A DNA stretch of 62,019 bases, the filler included, from Thelocarpon superellum (Eukaryota), in NCBI GenBank assembly GCA_026025795.1. It is 8 parts of 8 records of this genome, joined end to end, with 100 filler letters (N's around TTAATTAATTAA, not from the genome) between each part and the next. Parts side by side here need not be neighbours in the genome. Positions count along the whole stretch, not along the records: positions 23,369 to 31,035 come from JAPEUG010000625.1; positions 31,136 to 38,794 come from JAPEUG010000626.1; 6 more parts are not named here. One strand, written 5' to 3'. A model generated the notes under the pieces. That model was not told the origin of the DNA. It did no database searches and saw only the letters and a program-made list of their open reading frames with translations. Shown piece after piece: positions 23,413-36,183 of the stretch (position 1 is its first letter; every line of letters begins with the position of its first letter). Made by a program: the position numbers and the translations under genes.

Positions 23413-25609
23413 ATGAAGACCGTAAGTGTTGCAGGAGCGTCTCCGCCAACATGGCTGATCATGGTGACAATAGACCTGGAAGGACATCGTTCCGGTGCCG
23501 ACATCGCAAGACTTCTTGGACCAGGTGCTCTCCCGGACGCAGCGACGGTTACCCACGCAGATTCGGGCAGGGTTCAAGATCAGCCGGATCCGAAGTGAGT
23601 TGACCATTCCTCGATGATGTTACGCCATGAACGTCGTTGACCCGGCGCCTCCAGACTTCTACACCCGAAAAGTCAAGTACACGCAGGAGACCTTTTGCGA
23701 GAAATTGTCGGCCATCCTCGAGGGCTTCCCACGGTTACAAGACATTCATCCCTTCCGTAAGTGGCACCTGCCCCGGCAGTCGGCGTGAAGAGGCACTGAC
23801 CTTGGGATGATGGTCCACTGTAGACAAGGATCTTCTCAACACCCTCTACGATGCGGATCACTTTCGCATTGCTTTGGGACAACTCTCCACGGCCAAGCAC
23901 CTCATCGAGACGGTGTCCCGGGATTATGTTCGTCTCATCAAATATGCGCAATCGCTGTTTCAGTGCAAGCAGCTGAAGCGCGCCGCCCTGGGCCGGATGG
24001 CTACCATCACCAAGCGGTTGAAGGACCCTCTCCTCTACCTCGAGCAGGTCCGGCAACACCTCGGTCGTCTTCCGGCCATCGATCCCAACACCCGGACGCT
24101 GCTTATCTGTGGCTATCCGAATGTGGGCAAATCAAGCTTCCTACGGAACGTCACACGCGCCGACGTGGACGTCCAGCCGTACGCATTTACCACCAAGAGC
24201 TTGTTCGTCGGGCACTTTGACTACAAATACCTGCGCTTCCAAGCCATCGATACGCCCGGCATCCTCGACCACCCGCTCGAGGAGATGAACACGATCGAGA
24301 TGCAGTCCATTACGGCCATCGCACATCTGCGGTCCGCCATCCTCTACTTCATGGACCTCTCGGAACAGTGTGGCTACTCCGTCATGGCACAGATCCAGCT
24401 CTTCCAGAGCATCAAGCCGCTATTTGCCAATAAGCTCGTCTTTCTCGTCATCAACAAGATCGACTTGGTCCGGCCGGAAGATCTCGAGGCAGAGACACAA
24501 GAGCAGCTCCAGTCGCTGCTGAAGGCCGGCGACGTGGAGATGCTGCAGCTCTCGTGTACCACATCCGAAGGCGTGATGGACGTGCGGAACGCGGCGTGTG
24601 AGCGGCTGCTCGCCGAACGGGTAGCACAGAAACTCAAGGCTGGCAGCAGCAACGGCGGTGCGGTCGGTGGACGGTTGGGCGACCTGCTTGGCCGGATTCA
24701 CGTCGCGCAGCCAATGGAGGGGACGCAGCGCGAGGTTTTCGTTCCAGCGGCTGTCAAACAACGGGCCAAGTACGACAAAGAGGATCCCGCCCGTCGCCGG
24801 TTGGAGCGTGATCTCGAAGACGAGCAGGGCGGCGCCGGCGTCTACAGCTTCGATCTCAAGAAGAATTACCTACTGGACACGGACGAATGGAAGTACGACA
24901 AGATGCCCGAGGTCTTTGATGGGAAAAACGTGTACGATTTCATTGACCCTGACATCGAGGCCAAGCTGGCGGCATTGGAGGAAGAGGAAGAGAGACTAGC
25001 CGAGGAGGGCTTCTATGAGTCGGACGAGGAGCTCGAGGACGCCGCCGAGGCCAACATCCGCGCCAAGGCCGAGCTGATCCGTGAGAAACGAGATCTGATC
25101 CGCAATGCGGCTAAGATGAAGAAGTCGCTCAAGAACCGTGCCGTCATTCCCCGCACGGCCACGAGGAAGAAGCTCTCCGACATGGAACAGCATCTTGATT
25201 CGCTCGGGCTGGATTCGACCGCACTGTCGATGCGGGCGCGCGCCAAGTCGCGCGGACGTAGCGTTACGCGCAGTCAGACGGGCGCCGGCGATGCCATGGA
25301 CCTGGATGCTCCAGTCGGCTCGCGCGCCGCTTCTATCGCACGGGCCAAGAGTCGGGCGCGCAGTCAGAGCAACCGGCGCGATGACGGCGTCACGGATCCA
25401 GCGGCCCGCAGCAAAGCCGACCGGTTGGCGAAACTGGGCCAGAAGAAGATGAACCGGATGGCGCGACAGGGTGAGGCCGATCGGCACACGTCGTCGGCAA
25501 TGCCCAAGCATCTGGTGAGACTGCCCGGTCTTCCTGCAGGAGCGATAGGTACTGACCACTATCGTAGTTCGCCGGTAAACGAGGCATGGGCAAGACGCAA
25601 CGGCGGTAG
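23413..25609 (+). CDS. NOG1: Nucleolar GTP-binding protein 1
   Basis: [24 protein letters not shown]1 [10 protein letters not shown]2 YAFTT, G3 DTPG, G4 NKID; end [17 protein letters not shown] after intron 25515-25568. Confidence 0.97.
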
Positions 25610-25724
25610 AGTCACGGCCATCTCCAGTGAGAGTGCTACGACGTGGCGTTGGGCAGGATCATTTGATGGTCGAATGGGGAGTCTAGCATGCCGCGATTCG
25701 GGTAGATTTAAAGGACGCCTCGCA

Positions 25725-26531
25725 TCATGCGTCGGCGCGATACCGCTCGCGATACGCAGTGAGCCGGGCCATGTCCTCGGGCGCGTGCGCGTGCGCGTCG
25801 CTCAAGCCATGGATGATGTCGTCCAGGGTGAGGATGGAGAGGACGGGGATCCCGTACTGCTTCTGCACCTGGCCAACTGCACTCGGTCTCGGGGCCGGGT
25901 CATCATCGTCTCCTGGCTTGGCGACCTTCTCCATGCGATCGAGGGCCACAACGACCCCGACCAAGCTGCCCCCCTCTCGCGCGATGATGTCGATGGCCTC
26001 TCGGATCGCCGTGCCCGCCGTAATGACATCGTCAATGACGAGCACTCGCTTGCCTTTTAACGGACATCCCACAATGGTGCCGCCCTCGCCGTGGTCCTTG
26101 GGCTCTTTGCGGTTGAACGCGTAACTGAGCTGACCGAAACGCTCGACGTCGAGCGTCGCAAGCTTCTCCGTCGTGGCCGTGGCCAGAGGGATGCCCTTGT
26201 AGGCCGGGCCGAAGAGCACGTCAAATTCCAGCGCGGGGATCGCTGTCGATATCTGCCCCGTACTCGTCGTGGATGAGGACTCGTCAGACTCTGCCGCCAG
26301 GTAGGCCGCAATGGTCTGCGCGTAGGCGGTAGAGATGGACCGGAGAAGATCGGCGCGGTGGAAGAGTCCGGCGTTGAAGAAATATGGCGAGACGCGTTTC
26401 GAGTTCAGCGTGAAGGAGCCGAAGCGTAACACGCCGCCATCAAGGCAATGCTGGAGAAATTCGGCTTTCCAGGGCGCCAAGCTGCCGGATGCTGCTGCTG
26501 CTACCGCTGCTGGGACTTGGGCGTCGGTCAT
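25725..26531 (-). CDS. URA5: Orotate phosphoribosyltransferase
   Basis: [48 protein letters not shown] motif [11 protein letters not shown]; intronless. Confidence 0.97.
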   Translation of the reverse strand: MTDAQVPAAVAAAASGSLAPWKAEFLQHCLDGGVLRFGSFTLNSKRVSPYFFNAGLFHRADLLRSISTAYAQTIAAYLAAESDESSSTTSTGQISTAIPALEFDVLFGPAYKGIPLATATTEKLATLDVERFGQLSYAFNRKEPKDHGEGGTIVGCPLKGKRVLVIDDVITAGTAIREAIDIIAREGGSLVGVVVALDRMEKVAKPGDDDDPAPRPSAVGQVQKQYGIPVLSILTLDDIIHGLSDAHAHAPEDMARLTAYRERYRADA

Positions 26532-27402
26532 TGTGAGGTTGATGGAGGTGGAGTGTGGTCGTACGAGGGGCGTGGCGTGGGGTGTTGATGTCAAGAAGTA
26601 TGGAGGGCTTCTGATCCAAATCTTCGTTCCTGACGCGCCATTCACTCGTCGGGTCTGCCCCACCATGAACCGCACCCGACCCCACCACTACGGTGGGCCG
26701 AGACCGACGCAAGGGCACATTCCCCCCACCGATCCTTTCGCTTGTCTGAAGAGGTTGAGAGCGACTGACAGGCACGAGGGTGACGGCATGATCAAACGAA
26801 GGTACAAAGATGAAAGTGAGAGCCTAGATGGAAGCCTCACCAAGCTGCCAGATGTGGCCGTGACACACGATATATGGGTACTCGCATTGACTGAAGGATT
26901 TGTGCGACAGGTCTACCAATCCGCATCCAAGTAAATCGATTCGTTCGTAGTCTCCCTTCTCAATGGGCTGGTCCTTTTTCGTAGCGTGGGAGGCGCGTTT
27001 GGGAACACACACAATGACTGTCTACGGATCGGCTAGTTAGTCTGACCTCACCGCTTTCTGGTGCAACTCAACGATCTAGACTACGCACGATGCGATGATT
27101 GTGGACGGTGCTTCCCACTTTCTGGCACCTGCATCAGGGTTGTAACCCGTGGCCTGGAACCCCCTTCGTGCTCCCTCATCGCAGCCCACCCTCATTCGAT
27201 CTCCGTGGGGAATCTTCCCCGAGTCAGTTCGTCTTCACCAAGACCAGACACTCCGACGACCGTCGTGGTTGATGTTGCGACAAGCCGTCGACCGTTGGGC
27301 CCGTGTTCGATATCTGGCTTGTAGGCCATTAGGCGGAGGGAGACGGAGTACTGCGTGACGATCGCATTGTTTGGTCCGACAGCGTGGGAGGTGTTTTCCC
27401 AG

Positions 27403-27587
27403 GTGAGTTTGTGCGGCTCGTCTTCGTGTGCCCCGTCGGGTGTCCCTCGTGGCATCCCTACAGGCTCCCTGGCCGTGATACGATACCACGGCAGCTTGGA
27501 TGTGTCGGCATCGGTCCACATAACTCTGGCTCCGGGACATGTTCCCCCTCACCACCGCCTTCATCTGGGCTGACGGTCTGCTTCTAG
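27403..27587 (+). other. Probable 5'-UTR intron of MET13
   Basis: CAG|GTGAGT donor, GCTGAC branch at 27569, pyrimidine run and TAG acceptor 60 nt before the ATG. Confidence 0.7.
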
Positions 27588-27647
27588 TCGACAGCACGTT
27601 AGAAGCAAGTCCAGGCGTTTGGGCCCGGGGCATCATCTTTCTTCACC

Positions 27648-29706
27648 ATGCATATCTCCCAAAAGTTGCAGGAGGCCGAACGGTCGGGCCGGTCGACGTT
27701 TTCCTTTGAGTTCTTTCCACCCAAAACCGCCCAGGTGAGAGGACATGAAGGGGCTCTCCTCTTCTCTGCTAATGTGGATCTCCAGGGCGTTCAAAACCTT
27801 TATGATCGTATGTGCCTACCAGCCTCATGCCCTTCCGGTTTGACGAACGCTCACCATCGTAGGTATGGATCGAATGCATGGGCTCGGGCCCAGCTTCGTC
27901 GACCTGACCTGGGGCGCGGGCGGGCGGCTATCTCATCTGACGTGCGAAATGGTCAATGTGGCGCAATCCGTCTACGGGCTTGAGACGTGCATGCACCTGA
28001 CCTGTACCGACATGGAGAAGGGAAAGGTGGACGAAGCATTGCGGGAAGCGTACAATGCCGGCTGCACCAACATCCTCGCCCTCCGCGGGGATCCACCGCG
28101 CGAGAAGGAGAAGTGGGTGGCGACGGAAGGGGGGTTTCGTTACGCCAAAGATCTCGTGCGGTACATTCGTGAGAAGTACGGAGACCACTTTGATATCGGC
28201 GTAGCGGGATATCCCGAGGGCATGGAGGATCAGCAAGACCCCGAGGAGCTGCTCGACCACCTGAAGCAAAAGATCGACGCCGGCGGCACCTTTATCGTCA
28301 CACAGATGTTCTACGACGTCGACATCTTTCTTAGTTGGGTCACGCAGTGCCGAGCGCGAGGCATCAATGTTCCTATCGTGCCGGGTATCATGCCCATCCA
28401 AACCCACGCCGCCTTCCTCCGACGCGCCAACTGGAGCAAATGCCGCATCCCACCGGCGTGGACCGAGGCCATGGATCCGGTCAAGAACGACGACGCCGCG
28501 GTGCGAGAGGTGGGGAAAGGGCTGGTGGCGGAGATGTGTCGAAAGATCCTGGACGCCGGCATCATGCATCTGCATTTGTAAGGCGGCTCACCTGAGGACA
28601 ACGTGTGGTACTGACCTGCACTTAGCTACACCATGAACCTCGCCCAGGCCACGCGGATGGTGTTGGAAGAGCTCGAGATGACACCATCGGGCGACTCGCC
28701 GCTGAAGCAGCCTCTACCATGGCGGCAGTCTCTGGGACTCAAACGACGGGGTGAGAACGTACGGCCGATCTTCTGGCGAAATCGAAACAAGTCGTATGTG
28801 CTGCGGACCCAGGATTGGGATGAGTTTCCCAACGGACGCTGGGGCGACTCTCGATCGCCGGCGTTTGGCGAGCTGGACGCGTACGGGATCGGGTTGAAGG
28901 GCTCCAACGAGCGGAACATTAAGCTCTGGGGCCAGCCTCGGACGGTTCGTGACATCGCCCACACGTTTATGCAGTACCTCGAGAAGACGCTCGACTCGTT
29001 GCCCTGGAGCGACTCGCCCATCACGGGAGAGGCGGACGCCATCCGCTCGGATCTGGTAGACCTCAACCGCCGTGGCTTCCTGACCATCAACTCGCAGCCG
29101 GCGGTGGACGGGGTCAAGTCATCTCATCCCGTGCACGGATGGGGACCTCCCAATGGCTACGTTTACCAGAAAGCATATCTCGAGCTGTTCGTGTCGCCCG
29201 ACGTCATCGCGGAGCTCATCGCACGTATCGAGGGTCAATCGGATCTGACCTACTACGCGGTGAAGAAGACGGGTGATCTCCAGACCAATGCACCCGGCGA
29301 TGGCCCGAACGCGGTCACCTGGGGCGTATTCCCTGGCAAGGAGATTGTGCAGCCGACGATTGTGGAAACGATCAGTTTCCTGGCGTGGAAAGACGAGGCG
29401 TACCGTCTCGGCACGGATTGGGCTCATTGCCACTCGGCGCCCAGCGCCAGTCGACATTTGATTGAAAGCATGATGGATACATGGTACCTTGTGAATATTG
29501 GTGAGCCCGAGCTTTCCCCTCCTCTCCTAGGGGATGAATGATCTACGAGGCTGACCGCCGGGGGGCTAGTGCACAATGACTTCCACGAGACACGGGGGCT
29601 CTTCTCACTATTCGAAGGTATGGAAGTGCCAGACATGGATCGGGCCTTCGAGGGCAAGGCGGAGACGATGGCGAACGGAGTGGCGCCTGAACGTCTGCCA
29701 AATTAA
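27648..29706 (+). CDS. MET13: Methylenetetrahydrofolate reductase (Met13 type)
   Basis: FSFEFFPPKTAQ|GVQNLYDR|MDRM, TWGAGG, NILALRGDPP, VAGYPEG, TQMFYD; SAM-regulatory domain WDEFPNGRWGDSRSPAFG, TINSQP, NAVTWGVFPGKEI. Four introns. Confidence 0.96.
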
Positions 29707-30094
29707 CGTCCTCGCTCTCACCACCCACTTGACTATACCGGCACGAATCGCAAAGTAGTCGTGACTCCCACGAGTCAAAGTCCGCCACAACAACAATCCC
29801 CTTTTACCATTTCAACAAGCCCATGAAAACTCACCGAAAGCATGCACGAGGAGAAGAAGAAGCAGAAGAAGAAGAAAGTAACGACATGACAGTACCGACC
29901 GACGAACGAATCATCAACTGAGCAGGTTCAGCATCATCATCCACATCCGTACGAAGTCGAGTGGGGAAAGAAAAGTGGGGACTGGGGAAGGGGGGGGTGA
30001 TGATGGTGGGGTAGGCTGGATGGCTGGATGGCGTTCTTGGTGCATTTGCGCATGGAGATGGGGGTCACGGTGAGAGGGAGAATAAGCGGACAAT

Positions 30095-30134
30095 TAGGTA
30101 GGTAGGTAGGTAGGTAGGTAGGTAGGTAGGTAGG
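30095..30134. repeat. (TAGG)10 tetranucleotide microsatellite
   Basis: Directly visible. Confidence 0.95.
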
Positions 30135-30364
30135 AAGGTCGGAAGGTAGAAAGGGGACAAGTAGAGGCAGGGAGCGTAGCCCTCAACGGCTCCACGACTC
30201 CATTGCGATACATCTCCCCTCCCTCAGATATGACCCATCTGCAGGACCAGTAACTTAGACCTCGGGTTTGTGCTTGGCACGTAGATGAAACGTATGAATG
30301 GTGGTAGGTGGGTGGATGGGCGGATGGGTAAATACATCACATCATCACATCAACACACATCACA

Positions 30365-31035
30365 TTAATTAGCCGGCAGCCTCTCGACAACGCCCTTCAT
30401 CTCCTCGTCCGTGTAGATTCGGAATCCTTTGTCGCGCGTCACGCTCGCCAGCTGTACGTTCTTCGCGTCGAGCTTCTCCTCCATCACTTGCTTCAGCGTC
30501 TTTAGCACGAGTGTCTCGGCCTCTGGGAGCGTGAGGGACTATGCGGTGTTAGTATGAGTACGGGTGATGGAGTGCTGGAGTGGGAGTATGTGATGGGAGA
30601 CGGGAGAGAAGACAAGGAGAGAGCGGAGGGAGGGAGGGAGGGAGGGAGGGAGGGAGGGAGGGGGGCGTGCCTTGTGGAATTCGTTCTGGAGCTCTGCTTG
30701 CGCTCCTTCCGACCCCGAGCCTATCGCTTTCGCGTCATAGCGGTAGAAGGTGCCTGAGGGTTCGGCATGGTATCTACGCAACTCGGTCAAGATGGGACGT
30801 CTGGGGCGGAGGGGGCATCGTACAGCTGCGGCCCGTCCTCGTCAAAGCCAGCAATCAGCAAGGCGACGCCAAACGGCCGACTCATGATGCTCTCCTCGCC
30901 ATCGGCGCCTTCGCCGAACCGCAGGGCCAGGTCGCAGATGGCTTGGGTGCAGCTCTCGACGCGCAGCGGCTCGTTGTAGTGGAAGGCGTGGTTCTGCGAC
31001 TCGACCCGGGCGTGTTCGATCATGGAACGTGCGTC
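30365..31035 (-). CDS. PUP2: 20S proteasome alpha-5 subunit, 5' part missing
   Basis: [80 protein letters not shown]. Introns 30823-30774 and 30670-30539 (GC donor). Confidence 0.96.
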
Positions 31036-31135
31036 NNNNNNNNNNNNNNNNNNNNNNNNNNNNNNNNNNNNNNNNNNNNTTAATTAATTAANNNNNNNNN
31101 NNNNNNNNNNNNNNNNNNNNNNNNNNNNNNNNNNN
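31036..31135. other. Artificial contig spacer
   Basis: N44-TTAATTAATTAA-N44. Confidence 0.99.
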
Positions 31136-31162
31136 TTTCCACCCCATTCCCTAGCCCGGTTC

Positions 31163-33406
31163 CTATCCCTTCCCCGAATCCTCCTTCAAGCCGACAATCC
31201 GATTCAACACAATCTTCCCATCCACCTGATCTTGATCCATGGCAAAATAGGCCACTCGCATCCCCTGGAACCGAACCGTCTCCGCTCGTGCCTCTGCCCC
31301 CGTCACGTCTCTCTCGCCCTCCTTGGCGGGCCAGGGCGCCCGGCGTCGAACCTCGTCGAATCCCGTCTCGATCAAGGCGTGGGGAAAGACTTCCTCGCTG
31401 TGAGAGTTGACGATGGATACCTCCGGCTCTTCAATCTCCTTGTTCTTGGCCCCCTTTCCTTTCTTGCCCTTGCCCTTGGCTTCGCCCTCCGGACCAGGCG
31501 TTCCCTTCTGAGTTGGCTTCGCCTCGTCTCCTTTGGCCGGGTACACTTTTTGCCCATCCACTGCCGTGCTATCCGTTGCAGGTACGCCGGCGGGCTCTGC
31601 CCCTTCGTCGATTCTATCGCCTTCACCCTCGTTCTGTTTCGAGTCCAGCAGGATGTCGGTCGACGTCACGTCCTTGACCTTCTTCGAGAGAATCAGTGGA
31701 TTGAAGAGACGAGCTTCCACCTTGATGGGGGAGTTGTGCTTAGGCGACGCTGCCACCCATTGGATGTAGGCTTTCGGCTTTTTGATGTGCACGCCCTCTT
31801 CCGGCTTCTCGTACGTGGCATGTACTTCCTTCACATGCCCCGTCGCGGCGTCGGTCGTGAATGAGGTGGCCCGGATGGGAAAGGGAACCTTGAACAGACC
31901 GACCGCCTTGCCCGGAGCCAGCCGAAAATAGTCCGGGCTGTCCACCTCCTTAAAGTCGGTCCGATCAATGTAGATGGTGCGGGTGAAGGGAACGGTGTGT
32001 TGACCGAATTCAGGCTTTTTGGGTGAAAAAGGTAGTTCAATCTCCTCGAGGTAATCGTCCGCGAGGTTGTCGATAATGACGGGGATAGGATCGAGGAGGA
32101 CCATCAACCGCGGTACTGTCTGCTCAAGATAACGTCGTACGCAATTGTCTAATCGGGCAGCTTGGATCTTGGACACAGCCGTCGACACGCCAAGCTCGTT
32201 GACAAAGGACAGGATCGCGCCGGGAGGAATGCCTCGGCGCCGTAGTCCAACCAAGGTGAAGAGTCGCGGATCATCCCAGCCTCGAACATGTCCGTCCTTG
32301 ATGAGCTTGGCAATCTTGCGCTTCGACAGGACCGTCCCTTCCATATTAAGTCGTCCATATCTAGGCCATGTCAGCACCACTGCGGCCTCGCCTCATGAGC
32401 AGGTCTCCTACTCTCGTTGCATCGGTCGGTAGACCTCGAGCGTATCACACAGCCAGTTGTACGACTCGCGCGAGTTGATAAATTCGGCGGTGCAGAGCGA
32501 ATGGGAAATGTTTTCGAAGCTATCGCACAGGCAGTGGGTGAAGTCATACGTGGGATAGATCTTCCACTTGTCCCCCGTGCGTGGGTGGTGTGACGTGTCG
32601 AGGATGCGGTAGGCCGTCAAGTCCCACATCTGCGGGTTGCCATCCTCGTAGTTCTGCTTCATGCGGAGAAAGGCCTCCTTCGGACCGTATCTGCCGTCTC
32701 GCATGGCGCGGAACTCCGCCAGGGACTCCTCGATCGGCCGGGACCGGTGCGGGCAGCCATAGCGAGGACCGCGGCGATCGGGTCCTCCTCGTTGGAGATT
32801 GACTTCCGGTGCTAGGTCACCCGTCAGCCGTGTGTTCACCATGGTCTGGCCATTCTTACCCGTGCAGTGACAGACATAGGCACGGTCTTTCCGAATCAGG
32901 GCCTCGGCGAGCTCGTACAGCTTGTCGAAATGGTCGCTAGAGTGGGTGATGGCGTAGGGCGTGAAGCCTAACCATTCGATGATGTCTTTGATGGCCGTGA
33001 AATATTGCTCTTCTTCCTTTTCGGGATTCGTGTCGTCAAAGCGGAGATAGCACACGCCTCCATGGAATCGGGCGAAGCCAAAGTTGATGGCAATGGCTTT
33101 GCTGTGCCCGATGTGGAGATACCCATTGGGCTCTGGGGGGAAACGCGTGATGACGGTGGTCGAGGGCTTCTCGCGGAACACGTCGGACAAGAAGCCTTCC
33201 TTGAACATGGAGTCTGGGTCGCTAGCGTTCACGTTGTCTCCCGCATGCTTTTCTTTCGTGGGTGGCCCATTGCCCCGTGGTTCGCGTGGGGCCTTTGGTG
33301 GTTTTGGTGCTTTGGCTGCTTTGGGAGGCTTGGGTGAGTTGGCCGCAGGTCGCAGGGGCAGTGCCACCCGTTCCTTGACCTCTGTAACTTCTGCCGCCAC
33401 GTCCAT
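31163..33406 (-). CDS. GLN4: Glutaminyl-tRNA synthetase
   Basis: [49 protein letters not shown], anticodon-binding RLAPGK. Introns about 32859-32812 and 32411-32361. Confidence 0.96.
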
Positions 33407-33706
33407 GATGGACTGGGTGGATCGATCAACGATTGCGGGTTGTCCCTCTTGACGACTTGGTGGTGGGATGTGCACAGGACACTCGATAAGAATGACTCAA
33501 GTGTCAAGACGGATCTTATCTGGAGTCGCCTTGCCTCGGTTACGCCGTATGGACGCAGGAACAGATGGCGCTCGGTTACAATGGCTCTCCACACATCCCC
33601 CCCGGGAACCAAGCAAAGCTCAAGGAGATCCGCCATCGACCCCGCCGGGGATGCATACTCCGTCCGACCAAAATACTTCGTAGATGGCGTGCATCCGTGG
33701 CGCCTC

Positions 33707-34411
33707 TTAGAAGAAGCATGGGATGAATCGTGGAGTCCGCTGGTGCCACGCACGCCACTCGTCCCCAAAGGTCTGCTCCATCATGCCTTCTTCCACCTCG
33801 ATCCGCTCGGCAAGCGCCCGCAGCATGACGACCGACCAGCCGACGAGCACCAGGCCAAAGACCGGAAGCGCCCGCGGCATGGCGGCTGGAGGAAGCCAGC
33901 AGGCCAACGCCGCGTCGGGCCGGGCAAACAAGAGAAGGGTGGCGAGCACGTTGAGGATGGCGGCGGTGTACGAGGGATGTTGCACGTAGGCATACATCCC
34001 CGTCGTGATGAGCTTCTTCGGCGGCGCCAGCTTGAAGGTGAAGCTTGACCCGAGCGTGGCAAAGGCATACAGTCGGCAGGAGCCGGCGACGAGGAGCACG
34101 AGCAACAACGACAACGGGTACGCCGCCCAGGTAAAGAGGGTGGGATTGAGATTCTGTGGGTTGGGGCAGACATCGCGTCGTGGTGCCGGGGTGGACCCGG
34201 GCCCGTCGAGCGTCGTCAGTAGATAGGCGTGGGCCAGACCAAGGGTGACGGTCATGAACTGGAAGAAGAAGCGAGATCTACCCAAGCCAACGCGGTCGTT
34301 GGGCAGGACCGTGGTAGGCTCCGCGTTGGGCGGCCGGATGCATCGAAACGTGATGTATACCCCGAGCAGGACCAGCCCGGCCAGAAGAAGCTGTGGGAAC
34401 GAGATAGCCAT
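33707..34411 (-). CDS. Isoprenylcysteine carboxyl methyltransferase (ICMT/PEMT) family membrane protein
   Basis: LGSSFTFKL..KLITTGMYAYVQHPSYT, RIEVEEGMM..FGDEW..RFIP; several TM segments. Confidence 0.85.
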   Translation of the reverse strand: MAISFPQLLLAGLVLLGVYITFRCIRPPNAEPTTVLPNDRVGLGRSRFFFQFMTVTLGLAHAYLLTTLDGPGSTPAPRRDVCPNPQNLNPTLFTWAAYPLSLLLVLLVAGSCRLYAFATLGSSFTFKLAPPKKLITTGMYAYVQHPSYTAAILNVLATLLLFARPDAALACWLPPAAMPRALPVFGLVLVGWSVVMLRALAERIEVEEGMMEQTFGDEWRAWHQRTPRFIPCFF

Positions 34412-34776
34412 GGCGAGGAGTCGCCCGGCGCTTCGTCGCTAATGGATGGAGCATGCACGGGTTGGGTCTATTGGGATGGCGAAGGAGATGTGTGACTTGG
34501 GAAATCCGGCGCAACGGGTGCCCGAGGACTCGCGTGCCGTCGTCCTGCACGTGTCGACGACCCACGAACCGGTCCTCCCGGGCTGGAGACTCTCGTGGGA
34601 CCGATCGACGTCCGCCGAGACGAGCAAGCATGGCCGCGATCAGGAGTGGTGGCATTATCCATCTATGCTCTAGTCTATCCTAACTCCCGCAAATGCACGG
34701 CTCATCAAAGGAGCGCCAATGGTGATGGTGGGCAGATGGAGGGCGAGATGTCTACAGGTCGAGTGGAGTCGGCAGA

Positions 34777-36183
34777 TCAGACGATGGAATCGCCATCCTC
34801 GTGATGGCGCACAAGCGGGTCAGCCTCCAGCTGTCGGAGGAGGTATTGGTACAGCACCAGCATCGTGCCACTCTGCACGCTGGTCCACACGAAGCGCGGG
34901 CCCACGCCGCGAAACCATCCAGCGATGCCCTCGGCCTGGTAGATGAGGCGCAAGCCCGTCCAGGCCGAGGAGGTGTTCAACTTGACGGCGTCGTGCTTGG
35001 GCACCGACGTGGAGGGGGACGAGGTCGAGATGCGACGGGTCTGTCGCGCCCCGCGGGGGGCGGGCGGGGTGTGGGATTTCGAGGCGAGAGGACGTGCGGC
35101 AGGCGCCGGTCGATCGGTGGAGTGCGCCGTCTCGGCCGGATGCAGCTGGGTCTGGATCCGCGTCTTGACCACGTCCAGCGGACAGGTCATCACGCCGGCC
35201 AGACCGCCGGCCGCACCCGCTGTCAGGATCTCCAAGCCGAGACCAATGTCGCGATGACCGACCCAGCCCTTGGCCCATGCCTGCGCCTGCTCGTAGAAGG
35301 CGAACTGGAGGGCGGAGAAGGGCAGGTCGCGGAAGATGGTGGCCTTGTATCCCGAGTACAGCGCGGTGACGCCCTCGGTGCGGACGATGGTCCGGAAGGC
35401 GTCGATGGTGGAACGATAGTTGTAGCCCGAGTTGAAGTAGGGGTTGTTGTATCGGCCCTGCAGCTGCAGGCGTGTCTTGAGCACCTCTGACGGCACGTAC
35501 ACGAACGACGCGGCAAAGTCGGCGAGGAACCCTGACGGCAGGTCAGTGTCAGCGCACTCCCACCTGACCGACCCGTGATGCCGCCCACATACCACTGCTC
35601 AGGTAGGCCAGTTGTGGATTGAGGCCGCGATCCAACATCTGCCGTTTGCTGTATTCGTAGGTGCCGAAGAAGATGATGGTACCGGGAAAGGAACCCAAGA
35701 AGGCCGGGAAGACGCCGCCGTAGAGGCCACGACGGATCCCTTCTTGGCGGAAGATGGTGGCATACGAGCTGGACATGGACGTGTACTTGGGCGGGAGATG
35801 TGGATCGCCTTGCTGCCGCGTCTTGACCGTGTCGATTGAGTGCATGAGCAGGTCGCCGCTGGTACCCCCGACCCCCCCGGCGAGCATGCACTGCCACACG
35901 GCGTCAGCCATGGATCTGGACGTCGCAGCTCTCGCGGCGGTGGAGCACTCACGTGGAGATAGGGTGGTCGAACACTGGTCTCATCGTCCAAGCATCCCCG
36001 CAGCTGTTGCTCGTCCACCGCCGCCGTCACCGCCGCCACCTGGGCCGCAGGATCCTGCGCTCCTTGCACCTCCGCCATGGGGCGGGCCGAGGCGTGGGCA
36101 GCTGCAGCATAATTGGCGGGCGGCGAGTCATGGTGGGATGAGCCCGGCGACAACAGACTCCACAGACGAGAGGCTAGGGACAT
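34777..36183 (-). CDS. Mitochondrial carrier family protein (Mme1/YMR166C-like)
   Basis: Three carrier repeats: HSIDTVKTRQQ, PSEVLKTRLQ, PLDVVKTRIQ; FRDLPFSALQFAFYE. Two introns. Confidence 0.9.

Noticed and set aside
25515..26060. NOG1 ORF seemingly extended to 728 aa and overlapping URA5 antisense
   Set aside because: Artefact of reading through the last intron (25515-25568); the spliced gene ends at 25609 with the typical FAGKRG..RR terminus.
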